Of a stretch of 64,000 nt of DNA, positions 24,793-38,200 are shown piece after piece. The notes below the pieces were generated by a model. It was not told the origin of the DNA. It did not search any database and worked only from the letters and a program-made list of their open reading frames with translations. The translations under genes and the position numbers were made by a program. How positions within the stretch are numbered: the stretch's first letter is position 1; every line of letters begins with the position of its first letter. This DNA is from Macrostomum lignano (lineage: Eukaryota): assembly GCA_002269645.1 (NCBI GenBank), contig NIVC01000154.1, forward strand, positions 44,319 to 108,318, in the 5' to 3' direction.

Positions 24793-26851
24793 CCATTAAA
24801 CGTCTTTCCGGCCGTGTCACCTCCTCAGCTCGTAACATCATCATCATTTTCGACGGAAGACCGACCAAGACCGACGCGGAGGCGGCTAATCGGCTTAATA
24901 AACAGTTCACGCAGCCGCGTGCTCACTGTTCGAATCCAGCCATGCGCTTCGTCCGCCGCAAAGTTGCTGCACTCCCGCGCGAAGACCCTACCCTCCTGTA
25001 TTTCTCCAAAGACAACCTGGTGCAGGCCATCAAACGCTCTAAGCCTTCGAAGGCTATCGGCCCTGACGGTATCTGTCCGCTAGTCATTAAACAGTTCGGC
25101 CCCAAAGCCATCGACGTGCTCCTCGGCCTGTTCAACCGTTCGCTGCACTACAATGAAATCCCCGCGGTTTGGAAGAAATCGCTGATCTGCCCATTAATCA
25201 AAAGTGGCAAACCTCCGGATGACGGAGCCTCCTACCGCCCGATTTCGTTCCTCTCCCCGCTGGCTAAAATCTTTAAAAAACTCCTGCTGCCCCTGCTGAC
25301 TGACGACCACCTTAAGCTCCCAGCTTGGCAGCACGGTTTCCGCCCAATGCACTCTACCACTACCGCATTGTGTCAGGTCGCCGAGCAGATCAGTACTGGT
25401 TTCTGCCAAGCCAAGCCCCCGGCGAGAACTGGCACTGCTGCTCTCGATCTGAAGGCTGCCTTTGATTGTGTGGACCACTGTGAGCTCATCACCGACGTCT
25501 TCAACTCCGACCTGCCGAACCTCATCAAAGGCTGGCTCTGCAACTACCTTCTCGGTCGTCAAGCCCGCACAATACTGCGCGACTGCAAGTCCGCCTGGCG
25601 CCAAGTTTGTATGGGAGTGCCTCAAGGTAGCGCGATCAGCTCGCTTCTTTTCGCCTTCTACGAGCTACCTGAAGGACACCCCTACGCCGGATGACCCGAA
25701 CTCCAGCCTTATCGGCTATGCCGATGACCTTACAGCGGCTGCCTCTTCCGCGTCCATATCGCGCATCCAAGAGCAACTCAACGCCTACTTAACGCGCTTG
25801 GCGCCGTTCCTCCATGCCCGCAAGCTCAAGGTCTCGGCAGCAAAATGCACCACGACGCTCTTTACTCCGGACCAACGGGAGTACGCCAGGGCCCTCGAGG
25901 TCTACTTCGACGGTTCCAGACTACTCCAGGCTCTCTATCCTAAAATCCTGGGCGTGATCTTTGATCCGAAGATGACGTTCAGCCGTCACGTCAAGGCCAC
26001 TATCGAGAAGGCCCACAAACGTAACAGCGTCCTCCGCTGCTTGGCGGGTAGCAGTTGGGGCAGCTGCAAGGAGCTGCTGCTCAACACTTACAAGGCCATT
26101 TCGCGCAGCATCCTCAACTACGCTGCTCCTGTTTGGGGACCTGTCATCTCGTCCACCTCCTGGAACGGGCTCCAGTCGGTCCAAAACGCGGCCATTCGGT
26201 GCATCACCGGCTGCATCGTCAATACCTCTGTTGCCGACCTTCACTGCGAGACCCGGATGCTCGCGGTCCAGCAGCACAACAGGCTCCTGTCTCTCCAGTT
26301 CCTCCTGGCCTCTCGCCGTCCTGAGCACCCCTGCTACCACCTTTCCGCCTGACCGGCTCCTCGCCGGCGCATGAAGCCGTCCATTTTTACCGCACCATTC
26401 TTTGACGATTCCTGGCAGCCAGTCGACGCCCCGGCGGTCCTCGACGACGCGGCAGCCTGGGACAGGGCGAGGCGAGCTCAACACTCGCTCATCGTGCTCA
26501 ATCACATCGACGGCCTACCTCCTAACCGCGTCGTCGGCCTTCGCCCCGACGTCTGCGATTCCGAGCGTTCTTTGCCGCGTCGGACCCGCTCTCTGCTCGC
26601 CCAGCTGCGCTCTGGCTTCAGTCCTATGCTTCTTAGTTACCAGCACCGGCTGAATCCTGAGACGCCTCCAAGCTGTCCTGAGTGCGACGCGGCCACGCAT
26701 GATTGCCTGCATCTTTTTAATTGCCCGGCTCACCCCACCGAGTTGGTGCCCTCTGACCTGTGGCGCAACCCTGTTGAAGTCGCTGAGTTCCTGTCGCTGC
26801 CTGTCCAGCGCGACCCTGGCGAGGGTTAAAAACAACAACAACAACAACAAA
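24793..26851 (+). mobile_element. 5'-truncated non-LTR retrotransposon (LINE) with inactivated reverse transcriptase and C-terminal Cys/His domain
   Basis: RT motifs KAIGPDGI, YRPISFLS, QHGFRP, LDLKAAFDCV, GVPQGS, YADD, LGVIFD; C-terminal AQLRSG..CPEC..H..HLFNC. A 7-nt insertion near 25662-25668 causes a frameshift; in-frame TGA at 26350-26352; (AAC)n tail after the stop at 26829. Confidence 0.93.
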
Positions 26852-27185
26852 CCCCCAGCTTCATCACAAAACCTCAGCTTCATCACAAACCCTAAGCTTC
26901 ATCACAAACCCTAAACTTCATCACGAACCCTCAAACTCATTACAAACCCTAAACTTCATCACAAACCACAGCTTCATCACAAACCCCCAGCTTCATCACA
27001 AACCCTAAGCTTCATCACAAACCCTAAGCTTCATCACAAACCCTAAGCTTCATCACAAACCACAGCTTCATCACAAACCCTAAGCTTCATCACAAACCCT
27101 AAACTTCATCACAAACCCTAAGCTTCATCACAAACCCTAAACTTCATCACAAACCCTAAGCTTTATCACAAACCCTAAACTTCAT
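26850..27185. repeat. 19-bp minisatellite (AAACCCTAAGCTTCATCAC)n
   Basis: About 17 tandem copies directly after the LINE tail. Confidence 0.92.
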
Positions 27186-28052
27186 AAATTGTAAACTGTG
27201 AGACTGAATTTAGCCTAAAAAGATAAATATAAAAATCGAAAGCTGAAAAACAAATGTTGTTAAGTCACGAATAGGTCAAACAACACAAATAATTAACTAT
27301 ATGATATGGGATCAGTAATATATGCTTATATATTTATTTACAGAACATAATTTATTTACACTTTGCTGCTCAAACGCTAACACACTTCGCCATGACTAGA
27401 TCAGAAAACATGCATAATCAGATTTCTAATATGATGACCAAACACAGTTGAAAAAGCTGTTTTTAAGATTCCAATTATTGAGTTCCACTCCAATTGTAAG
27501 GCTAAAATGAAAATATAATAATTGTTTTATCAATAAGAGTCGCAATTCATAGTGAAATATGAAAAATGGAGGCAAATTTTATAACACAAACCCGACAGAC
27601 GCCAGAGCGGCACTGCAAGTATTAATAGATTTTTGTTGAGATGCATCCAATTGCTTGTTCGTTCGGCGGGAGAGACTGACATGGCTGAGACTGGATAGAC
27701 AGGTGTTTTAACCCCGATAAAAATGATTGTCTGAGACTGAACACTGGCATAGATTTTTAACTCATTTATTGTCCACAAAATTATTGTTACAGGGTAATGA
27801 ACATTGCAAGTAATGAGTACAAAACAATACAAAAGGTTTAATAGTAATAATAATTATAATACAATAAAATATAAACTGTGTACTTCGAAAAGCGTGCAAA
27901 TAAAATTGTAAACAGTAGGAATACTTTAAGATTTTTTGCAGGGGGCGGCTAGCTCCCTTTTAATTTAAGATGTCTTAAAAATACGAGGGCTGTCCCAACA
28001 GTGTTACTCTTCATTATATCTCTCGTTCCCATGATCCAAATAACATCATTTT

Positions 28053-28972
28053 GCACAAATTTATAGCGGCAACATTCCTCCTCATATTAATTTTAACATC
28101 TTCAAAAACAGACAATGGGGGTTGTCTGGAAGTGAGAATTCATGGTAATAGCCATAGACACGAGCGGCGATAGCCACGATTGTCAATTTGGCCATTACCA
28201 TGTTTTCTCACTTCCAGCTAACTTCATTCATTGGTGAATTACCATAGCCCCCCACTTACTACCATAGACTATTTTATCTTACGCTCATAGACTCGTTCGT
28301 TTTCTAAAATGATATCCCGCTAAATTGCTTTATTGTCAATTTCAAACAATGACCGGTCATTTCTTGAATGTCATTGCCTTAACGTAAATTACCATAGACA
28401 TTTTGAACAATGGAAACAAAAGTTTTGAGCAAAAATTTAGCAGGAGTTCGACCACAGGCTTACAGCAAGTCAACAAGCTAGCAAAATTTTGAAGTGGAAG
28501 CTAACAAACAATGGAAGCTAACAAACAATGGAAGCTAACAATTGGCTGCAGTAAATGTGTAAAATAACTGCGCATTAATCTCGGCTGCACTGTTCCCTGC
28601 CCTCAAAGGGGTTGTAAATCACACTCCTCTGAGCAACACTTGAATGCACATCCATGATTTTTGGCGCAGCAAAAGGAGGGAACAAAAAGCAATGAAGCTG
28701 AAGTTCTGCTGTTTTTAAAGTTTTTCCATAGATGTCTCTGTTACAGCAGCCTAATCAGAGAGTATAGCGCTCGATATTCTCTGAGCCTAATAAAGAAGTC
28801 TGAGTGCATTCAATCAAAAGTAATTTCACTAATTTCCGCTAGCTTGCTGACTTACTGTAAGTCTATGGTCGAACTCCCGCCACATTGTTGCTCATAACTT
28901 TTGTTCCTATTGTCCGTGTTTGAAGATGTTAAAGTTAATATGAAGAAGAGAATTGCCGCTATAAATTTGTGC
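28053..28972. mobile_element. Foldback/MITE-like element with about 64-bp imperfect TIRs
   Basis: GCACAAATTTATAGCGGCAA...ACAGACAAT (28053-28116) is inverted at 28909-28972; internal repeated CCATAGAC motifs; no clear TSD. Confidence 0.6.
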
Positions 28973-29292
28973 GCCTAAAAGTATGAATTATTTCCTTGCT
29001 CGTTAATCCTACTGTTAATAACAATAACAAGCCAGTTAATTATGTCAAACTTCGATGCTACAAGAATCTGCGTATTTTGTAAATAAACATATACAAATAT
29101 AAACGCACGATATGAGCTGTACACAGCTGCCTCAGCTCTGCAAGTTAAAAATTAGAATACTATATATGCAGAGTTCTTATAGCTAGCAAATTACACGCGC
29201 ACAAACTGTGTGATAGCTCTGATCTGTACCAATTTATATCTGATCCACTATGTACATTATGTATGTATATGTAAGCAACTGACTAGCAAGAA

Positions 29293-32200
29293 TCAATCGT
29301 AGCCACTTTGCTGACTTGGCGGCGCAGCCTGGCCCATCAGCATGGCTCCCATTGGCAAACAGGAGAATAACGAAGCTGCCGTAGGTTGAATCATGCCGCC
29401 GCCGCTGCCGCTAGCAACAGCACCGGATGCGCTGCCGTAACTTGCAGTAGCACCCATTGATGCCGACTGGGCGCTTAAATCTGGCATCGGACCTTCCAGC
29501 CACTGCAACACGATTTTTATAGATACTAAGATTTTCTCATTAAAACTTTGCATAGCCATATTCGCTGCTTGGCTACTCATAGTAGGCTAAATGAATGTAA
29601 ACAATGAAGTTTAGATGAAATAAGAAAATTTTCGATAGTCAAGATTGAGAGACAGTCATTCTGTTTTAGAAAATAGATAGAAGTAGTAGAACTATACTTT
29701 CAGAATACTACCGGTTTTCACACAGGAAGGTCTTACTTCCGGTTGTCAGACCGAAAAGTCCTATTTCCGGTTGTAAGAATGAAAGGCCCTATTTCCGGTC
29801 GCCACACTGAAAGGTCCTATTTCCGGTTGTCACATCAAAAGGTCCTACGCCGGTTATCAGACTGAAAGGTGCTACTTTCGGTTGTCAGACTGAAAGGCCC
29901 TACTTCCGGATGTCACACTGAAAGGTCCTGCTTCTGGTTGTCACATTGAAAGGTGTTACTTCCGGTTGTTAAAATGAAAGCCCCTAATTCTAGTTGTCAC
30001 ACCAAAAGGTGCTACTTCCGGTTGTTAGAATGAGATGCCCTACTCCAGTTGTTAGAATGATAGGCCCTACTTCCGGTTGTCAGATAGAAAGGCCCCACTT
30101 CCGTTTGTCAGACCGAAAGGCCGTATTTCCGGTTGTCAGATTGAAAGGCTCCACTTCAGGTTGTCAGACAGAAAGGCCCCGCTTCCGGTTGTCAAAATGA
30201 AAGGCCCTACTTCTGATTGTCACACTGAAAGGTCCTACTTTTGGTTGCCATACTGAAAGGTCATACTTCCGGTTGTCACACTGTAAGTGCCACTTCCGGT
30301 TGTCAGACAGAAAGGCCCCGCTTCCGGTTGTCAAAATGAAAGGCCCTACTTCTGATTGTCAGACTGAAAGGTCCTACTTCCGGTTGTCACACTGAAAGGT
30401 CCTACTTTTGGTTGTCAGACTGAAAGGTTCTACTTCCGGTCGTAAGTCTAAAAGGTGTTTCCGGTTGTCACACTGAAAGGCTCTACTACTGGTTGTCAAA
30501 TTCGGAGACCCTACTATTGTTCTGCAGATAGTAAATAAATTAAAAACATGCACTCACGTAAACAAGTTGATGCTCAGGCTGGGCGGTGGCCATCTCAATG
30601 CTGACCTGATACTTGTGCAACAGTGCTGAGCACTGCTGAGCGCAGCTGGCCTCCAGCACAGAGTTACCCTCGGCTCTGTACAAATCGCGCATCAATGTGC
30701 TGGCCCACAATTGAACAGCTTCGTCGGGCATTTGATCGGCAAGCTGCACTGCCGTGTCGACTACATTTTTAACCTCATCGTATTGGCCAGTGGCAAAGTG
30801 AATCTGGCCGAGAACAATTAGCGAACAGGTGAGCATGCGCTTCAGGTTCTCCATGTTGGCCAGTTTCAAGCACTCGCGGATGTACACTCTGCAAGTCGAT
30901 TTCGGGTGGTGCTTTTCTGGCTAGGTCTTTGTAGTTAAATTATACAAATTATATTAAAGGAGAGAATTGAAGCACGAAGATCTTGGAGGCTGGCCCAGCA
31001 ACCGAGGATCTGGGAGGCTGGCCCAGCAACTGAGGATCTGGGAAGATGGTGGTCAGCAACTGAGGATCTGGGAAGATGGTGGTCAGCAACTGAGGATCTG
31101 GGAAGATGGTGGTCAGCAACTGAGGATCTGGGAAGATGGTGGTCAGCAACTGAGGATCTGGGAAGATGGTGGTCAGCAACTGAGGATCTGGGAAGATGGT
31201 GGTCAGCAACTGAGGATCTGGGAAGATGGTGGTCAGCAACTGAGGATCTGGGAAGATGGTGGTCAGCAACTGAGGATCTGGGAAGATGGTGGTCAGCAAC
31301 TGAGGATCTGGGAGGCTGGCCCAGCAACTGATACTCTGGGAGGCTGGCCCAGCAACTGAGGATCTGGGAGGCTGGCCCCAGCAACTGAGGATCTGGGAGG
31401 CTGGCCCCAGCAACTGAGGATTTGGGAAGCTGGCCCCAGCAACTGAGGTTCTGGGAGGCTGGCCCAGCAACTGAGGATCTGGGAGGCTGGCCCAGCAACT
31501 GAGGATCTGGGAGGCTGGCCCAGCAACTGAGGATCTGGGAGGCTGGCCCAGCAACTGAGGATCTGGGAGGCTGGCCCAGCAACTGAGGATCTGGGATGCT
31601 GGCCCAGCAACTGAGGATCTGGAAGGCTGGCCAAGCAACTGAGGATCTGGGAAGATGGTGGTGGTGGCCCAGCAACTGACACTCTGGGAGGCTGGCCCAG
31701 CAACTGACACTCTGGGAGGCTGGCCCAGCAACTGAGGATCTGGGAAGATGGTGGTGGTGGCCCAGCAACTGACACTCTGGGAGGCTGGCCCAGCAACTGA
31801 GGATCTGGGAGGCTGGCCTAGCAACTGACACTCTGGGAGATGGCACAGCAACTGAGGCTCTGGGAAGATAGAGGCTTGGCCGAACTCACTTGGCCTGGCC
31901 GAAGTCGCCTAGCATAAAGGCCAGCAGGCCCCGAACCCAGTGCCCGGCAGCCCTGAGTCCGTGCGGCGGATCCGGGTGCCGGAATTCGTCCAGCACGGAT
32001 CGGCAATCGTTCAATCGATTCTGCCTGAGCATGAGCAGGGCCAGGTTAAGTTGAACCAGGTGCAACAGATCTGAGCGAGGCCGCTCGGCCAGGGCCCGCC
32101 TGAACTGGCTCTCAGCGGCGCCGAGGCAGTTGGTGCACATGCTGTACAGGGCTAGCATCGAGCGCGTGTGTGCCGCACGACCGCGCACCGGACACAACTC

Positions 32201-35200
32201 GGACAGCCGGACACAAGCGGCCAGATCGGATAGGGCACCCGGACGGTCGCCAGACACTAATCGGCATTGGAACAGTTGCTCCTGGTTGATGCGTGGTGGG
32301 GGAGCATCCGGATTGTGAATTAATGATAGGGGTCAGTCTAATGACTGTCAAAGGCCATTCTACTGACTGTCAAAAGCCATCATTCTAATGACTGTCAAAG
32401 ACGATTTTAATGACTGTCAAAGGCAATTCTAATGACTGCCAATGACGATTCTAATGACTGTCAAAGGCCATTCTAATGACTGTCAAAGACGATTTTAATG
32501 ACTGTCAAAGGCAATTCTAATGACTGTCAATGACGATTCTAATGACTGTCAAAGGCCAATCTAATAACTGTCAAAGGCCATTCTAATGACTGTCAAAGGC
32601 CATTCTAATGACTGTCAAAGGCAATTCTAATAACTGTCAAAGTGCAATTTTAATGACTGTCAAAGGCAGTTCTAATGACTGTCAAAAGCCATCATTCTAA
32701 TGACTGTCAAAGGCGATTCTAATGACTGTCAAAGGCTATTATAATGACTGTCAAAGGCTATTCTAATGACTGTCAAAGGCCATTCTAATGACTGTCAAAG
32801 GCCATTCTAATGACTGTCAAAGGCGATTCTAATGACTGTCAAAGGCTATTATAATGACTGTCAAAGGCTATTCTAATGACTGTCAAAGGCCATTCTAATG
32901 ACTGTCAAAGGCAATTCTAATAACTGTCAAAGTGCAATTTTAATGACTGTCAAGGGCAGTTCTAATGACTGTCAAAAGCCATCATTCTAATGACTGTCAA
33001 AGGCGATTCTAATGACTGTCAAAGGCTATTATGACTGTCAAAGGCTATTATAATGACTGTCAAAGGCTATTATAATGACTGTCAAAGTGCAATTCTAATG
33101 ACTGTCAAAGGCCATCATTCTAAGGACTGTCAAAGGCGATTCTAATGATTGTCAAAAGCCATTCTAATAACTGTCAAAGGCCATTCTAATGACTGTCAAA
33201 GACGATTTTAATGACTGTCAAACGGAGATTCTAAGGGAAAAGCTAGTCACATTTTAGATAATAGGGGGCAGCTCACCTGAATGCACAGCTGCAGCGCTAG
33301 AAATAGTCTGTTACTAATATTATTATTCAGACTGGTAGTTGCGCCTCCAGTTCCGTCTGAAACTGCGCGCAGCTTCTCAAGCTGCATCAGGGCTTTGTCG
33401 GCGTAGCGTCGAACCTGCGTTGAGAAAAGCGCAAGCACGTGGGTTGAGAAACAGTTTAATACCATGTAGTTTGATTCTTTCAAAAATAAAATTTTAATCC
33501 AGGTCAACTGACTACAATGCTTTAAATTAAGTAGAGTTGGTAGCGGTTAGTACACAGATAATCCAGAGGTGCGGATCATGACGGTCAAGACCGAGGGGGG
33601 ATCCTGTCGGTCAAAACCCAGGGGTGGGTGATCCTGACGGTCAAGACCCTGGGAGGGATCCTGTCGGTCAAAACCCAGGGGTGGGGGATCCTGACGGTCA
33701 AGACCCAGGGGTGGGGGATCCTGACGGTCAAGATCCAGGAGTGGGGGATCCTGACGGTCAAGACCCTGGGGAGGGAGCCTGACGGTCAAGACCCAGGGGA
33801 GGGAGCCTGACGGTCAAGACCCAGGGGTGGGGGATCCTGACGGTCAAGACCCAGGGGTCGGGGATCCTGACGGTCAAGACCCAGGGGTCGGGGATCCTGA
33901 CGGTCAAGACCCAGGGGAGGGAGCCTGACGGTCAAGACCCAGGGGTCGGGGATCCTGACGGTCAAGACCCAGGGGAGGGAGCCTGACGGTCAAGACCCAG
34001 GGGTCGGGGATCCTGACGGTCAAGACCGAGGGGGGATCCTGTCGGTCAAAACCCAGGGGTGGGGGATCCTGACGGTCAAGACCCAGGGGTGGGGGATCCT
34101 GACGGTCAAGATCCAGGAGTGGGGGATCCTGACGGTCAAGACCCAGGAGTGGGAGCCTGACGGTCATGACCCAGGGGTGGGGGGATCCTGACGGTCAAGA
34201 CCCAGGGGTCGGGGATCCTGACGGTCAAGACCCAGGGGAGGGAGCCTGACGGTCAAGACCCAGGGGAGGGAGCCTGACGGTCAAGACCAAGGGGAGGGAG
34301 CCTGACAGTCAAGACCCAGGGGAGGGAGCCTGACAGTCAAGACCCAGGGGAGGGAGCCTGACAGTCAAGACCCAGGGAGGGAACCTGACGGTCAAGACCC
34401 AGGGAGGGAGCCTGACGGTCAAGACTTAGGGGAGGGAGCCTGACGGTCAAGACCCAGGGGGCGGATCCTGACGGTCAAGGGCAAAAGGGGGACAAGGGGT
34501 CAAGAAACAGAGGGGCACAAGGGGTCAAGAAACAGAGGGGGACAAGGGGTCAAGAAACAGAGGGGCACAAGGGGTCAAGAAACAGAGGGGCACAAGGGGT
34601 CAAGAAACAGAGGGGGACAAGGGGTCAAGAAACAGAGAGGGACAAGGGGTCAAGAAACAGAGGGGGACAAGGGGTCAAGAAACAGAGGGGGACAAGGGGT
34701 CAAGAAAAAGAGGGGGACAAGGGGTCAAGAAACAGAGGGGACAAGGGATCAAGAAACAGAGGGGGACAAGGGGTCAAGAAAAAGAGGGGGACAAGGGGTC
34801 AAGAAACAGAGAGGGACAAGGGGTCAAGACCTAAAGAGGGGGGGGGCAGATCCGAGGGCTCAAGACCTCAAAAAGATGATGTAAAACACCATACACTTCC
34901 ATCGCTAACCTTATCGTAAGTGGCCTCCTGCATGCAGTGGAGCAGAGTGAGCAGATAGGTGAGCACAGACAGCTGCTCCCTGCTAAGCCACTCCAGCTGG
35001 CCTAGAGCTTCCAGTTCTTCGGACAATTCCAAACCGGAAGACCCATCGGCCGCGGCGGAAACAGACGCGTAACCGGAAGTTGAAGCGGTCGACGAGCCGG
35101 AAGCGGCTGCGGCGACGGCAGCGGCCTCTTCTTGCATAGCCGAATAAGACTGCACAGAGCGTTGCAGCTGGCGCAGGATTGGGCGAGCCTGTTTGGCCTG

Positions 35201-38200
35201 GCCAGCCACCAGACTGTTCAACACCTGGACAGGTGGTGGGCATTTTAAAACGTTAAAGAAACCCAGAATCACGCCAGTCTGAGCTGTCACATCTCACCTC
35301 GTTCAGATCCCATCTCAGAATCACGCCAGTCTGAGCTGTCACATCTCACCTCGTTCAGATCCCATCTCAGAATCACGCCAGTCTGAGCTGTCACATCTCA
35401 CCTCGTTCAGATCCCATCTAAGAATCACGCCAGTCTGAGCTGTCACATCTCACCTCGTTCAGATCCCATCTCAGAATCACGCCAGTCTGAGCTGTCACAT
35501 CTCACCTCGTTCAGATCCCATCTAAGAATCACGTCAGGCTGAACTGTCACATCTCACCTCGTTCAGATCCCATCTCAGAATCACGTCAGGCTGAACTGTC
35601 ACATCTCAACTCGTTCAGATCCCATCTCAGAATCACGTCAGGCTGAACTGTCACATCTCACCTCGTTCAGATCCCATCTCAGAATCACGCCAGTCTGAGC
35701 TGTCACATCTCATCTCGCTCAGATCCCATCTCAGAATAGAAATCCCCACTTCCTAAATCCCTTAAACAGATCCCTATCCAAAACCCATAAACTCCATAAA
35801 TCATGGAGACAGATGACAACTGAACGCAAGCAGAGAATACCAATTAAACCCAACAGCTACCTCTACTACACACATATCGCACCTGAATGAGTAAAGAGAA
35901 AGTTCTCAACGCCTCCTGTCGTCGCGGATGCGGCATCTGGTCCACCAGCTTGGAAGCCACAGTCAGGGTGTTGTGCACCTCGGCCAGCTGCCTGTTGGCC
36001 AGCAGCGGCACGCACTTGGCCAGCAGGAAGAGGCCCCTGGCGTATTCGCTGCCGTGCTGTTGCGCGTATTGCGAACCGAGCGCCAATAGCTCGCAGGCCC
36101 GCGAGGAATCCGATGAGCTGAGGCACTGCGCCTGCTTGAGTAGGAAGCGGCCGTACCTGCGGTGGCAAATGCATTGGGATACAGTTAGAGTAGCCATGAT
36201 TGCGTATGCACTGACATTTAGTTGCTATGACCATCTATGAACTGACATTTAGTTGCTATGACCATCTATGCACTGACATTTAGTTGCTATGACCATCCAT
36301 GCAACTGACATTTAGTTGCTGTGACCATCTATACACTGACATTTAGTTGCTATGACCATCTATACACTGACATTTAGTTGCTATGACCATATATGCACTG
36401 ACATTTAGTTGCTGTGACCATTTATGCACTGACATTTAGTTGCTGTGACCATATATGGTGACCATATATGGACTGACATTTAGTTGCTATGACCATATAT
36501 GGACTGACATTTAGTTGCTATGACCATATATGGACTGACATTTAGTTGCTATGACCATATATGGACTGACATTTAGTTGCTATGACCATATATGGACTGA
36601 CATTTAGTTGCTGTGACCATATATGGACTGACATTTAGTTGCTATGACCATATATGGACTGACATTTAGTTGCTATGACCATATATGCACTGACATTTAG
36701 TTGCTATGACCATATATGGAGAGAAATTTCACTGCTAAGACTGGAATTAATATTAGCTGGCACTGAAATTGTCTTTTAAGTGATATTAGGCGGAAAGAAA
36801 CTGTCTACGGAGTGACTTGGCGAAAGCGACTGTCTATGGAGTGATTTTTGGTGAAAGAGACTCTCAAAAAGTTTATCAGTTATCACCTCAGCGCAACACA
36901 TCAAGGTCAAGTCACACTGAAACTCACCATTCAGGCAGGTGCTGGCTAAGTCTAGCAGCCTCTTCAAGCAGCTGCGGCAGTCGAAACGCCCCGCTAAGCT
37001 GCTCATTGCTTGAGTACAAATCTGACAGCAGATCAGCGGCGTGAAGGCAAGCGGCTAACAAGTCGGCTACGTCAGTTGAGCCAGTAGCAAAGAGAGAGCG
37101 CAGCTTCCAGGCGGCCTCCAGATGCTGGGCCGCCTTGTCCTGACAGGATCGGGCGGCGTGCTGCATCAGCAGGCGACCAATCTGTAGGTTGGTCCTGTCA
37201 AGGTTGACCCGGGGGGGGGGGATTGTGCACTAAATCAACTATCGCGATACGCGCTCATACACTCGCTCACACGAGAGAGCGACCCTGATAGCTTTCTAAT
37301 CGTCAAGGCATGTACATTCGCTGCGTCTTGGGGTTGGCCCAAGGACAACTCAAAGAAGGACGGGAAACTGATATTCTTAGAAAAAGCTAAGGAGCTGGTT
37401 TTCGCAGAAAAAAGTATGACGGGAAACTACGTTTCTTAGAAAAAGCTAAGGAGGCTGGCTGGTTTTCGCGAAAAAAATAGGACCGGAAACTACGTTTCTT
37501 AGAAAAAGCCAAGGAGGCTGGTTTTCGCGGAAAAAATAGGACCGGAAACTACGTTTCTTAGAAAAAGCCAAGGAGGCTGGTTTTCGCGGAAAAAAGTAGG
37601 ACGGGAAACTACGTTTCTTAGAAAAAGTAACGGAGGCTGGCTGGTTTTCGCGAAAAAAATAGGACCGGAAACTACGTTTCTTAGAAAAAGCCAAGGAGGC
37701 TGGTTTTCGCGGAAAAAAGTAGGACGGGAAACTACGTTTCTTAGAAAAAGCTGAGGCTGGTTTTCGCGGAAAAAAGTAGGACGGGAAACTACGTTTCTTA
37801 GAAAAAGCTGAGGCTGGTTTTCGCGGAAAAAATTAGGACGGGAAACTACGTTTCTTAGAAAAAGTAACGGAGGCTGGTTTTTTTGCGGAAAAAAATAAGA
37901 CGGGAAACTACGTTTCTTAGAAAAAGCTAAGGCTGGTTTTCGCGGAAAAAATTAGGACGGGAAACTACGTTTCTTAGAAAAAGTAACGGAGGCTGGTTTT
38001 CGCGGAAAAAAGTAGGACGGGGAACTACGTTTCTTAGAAAAAGCTGAGGCTGGTTTTCGCGGAAAAAATTAGGACGGGAAACTACGTTTCTTAGAAAAAG
38101 TAACGGAGGCTGGTTTTTTTGCGGAAAAAAATAAGACGGGAAACTACGTTTCTTAGAAAAAGCTAAGGCTGGTTTTCGCGGAAAAAATTAGGACGGGAAA

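Noticed and set aside
27982-28000. Mariner-like terminus TACGAGGGCTGTCC
   Set aside because: No matching inverted terminus found nearby.
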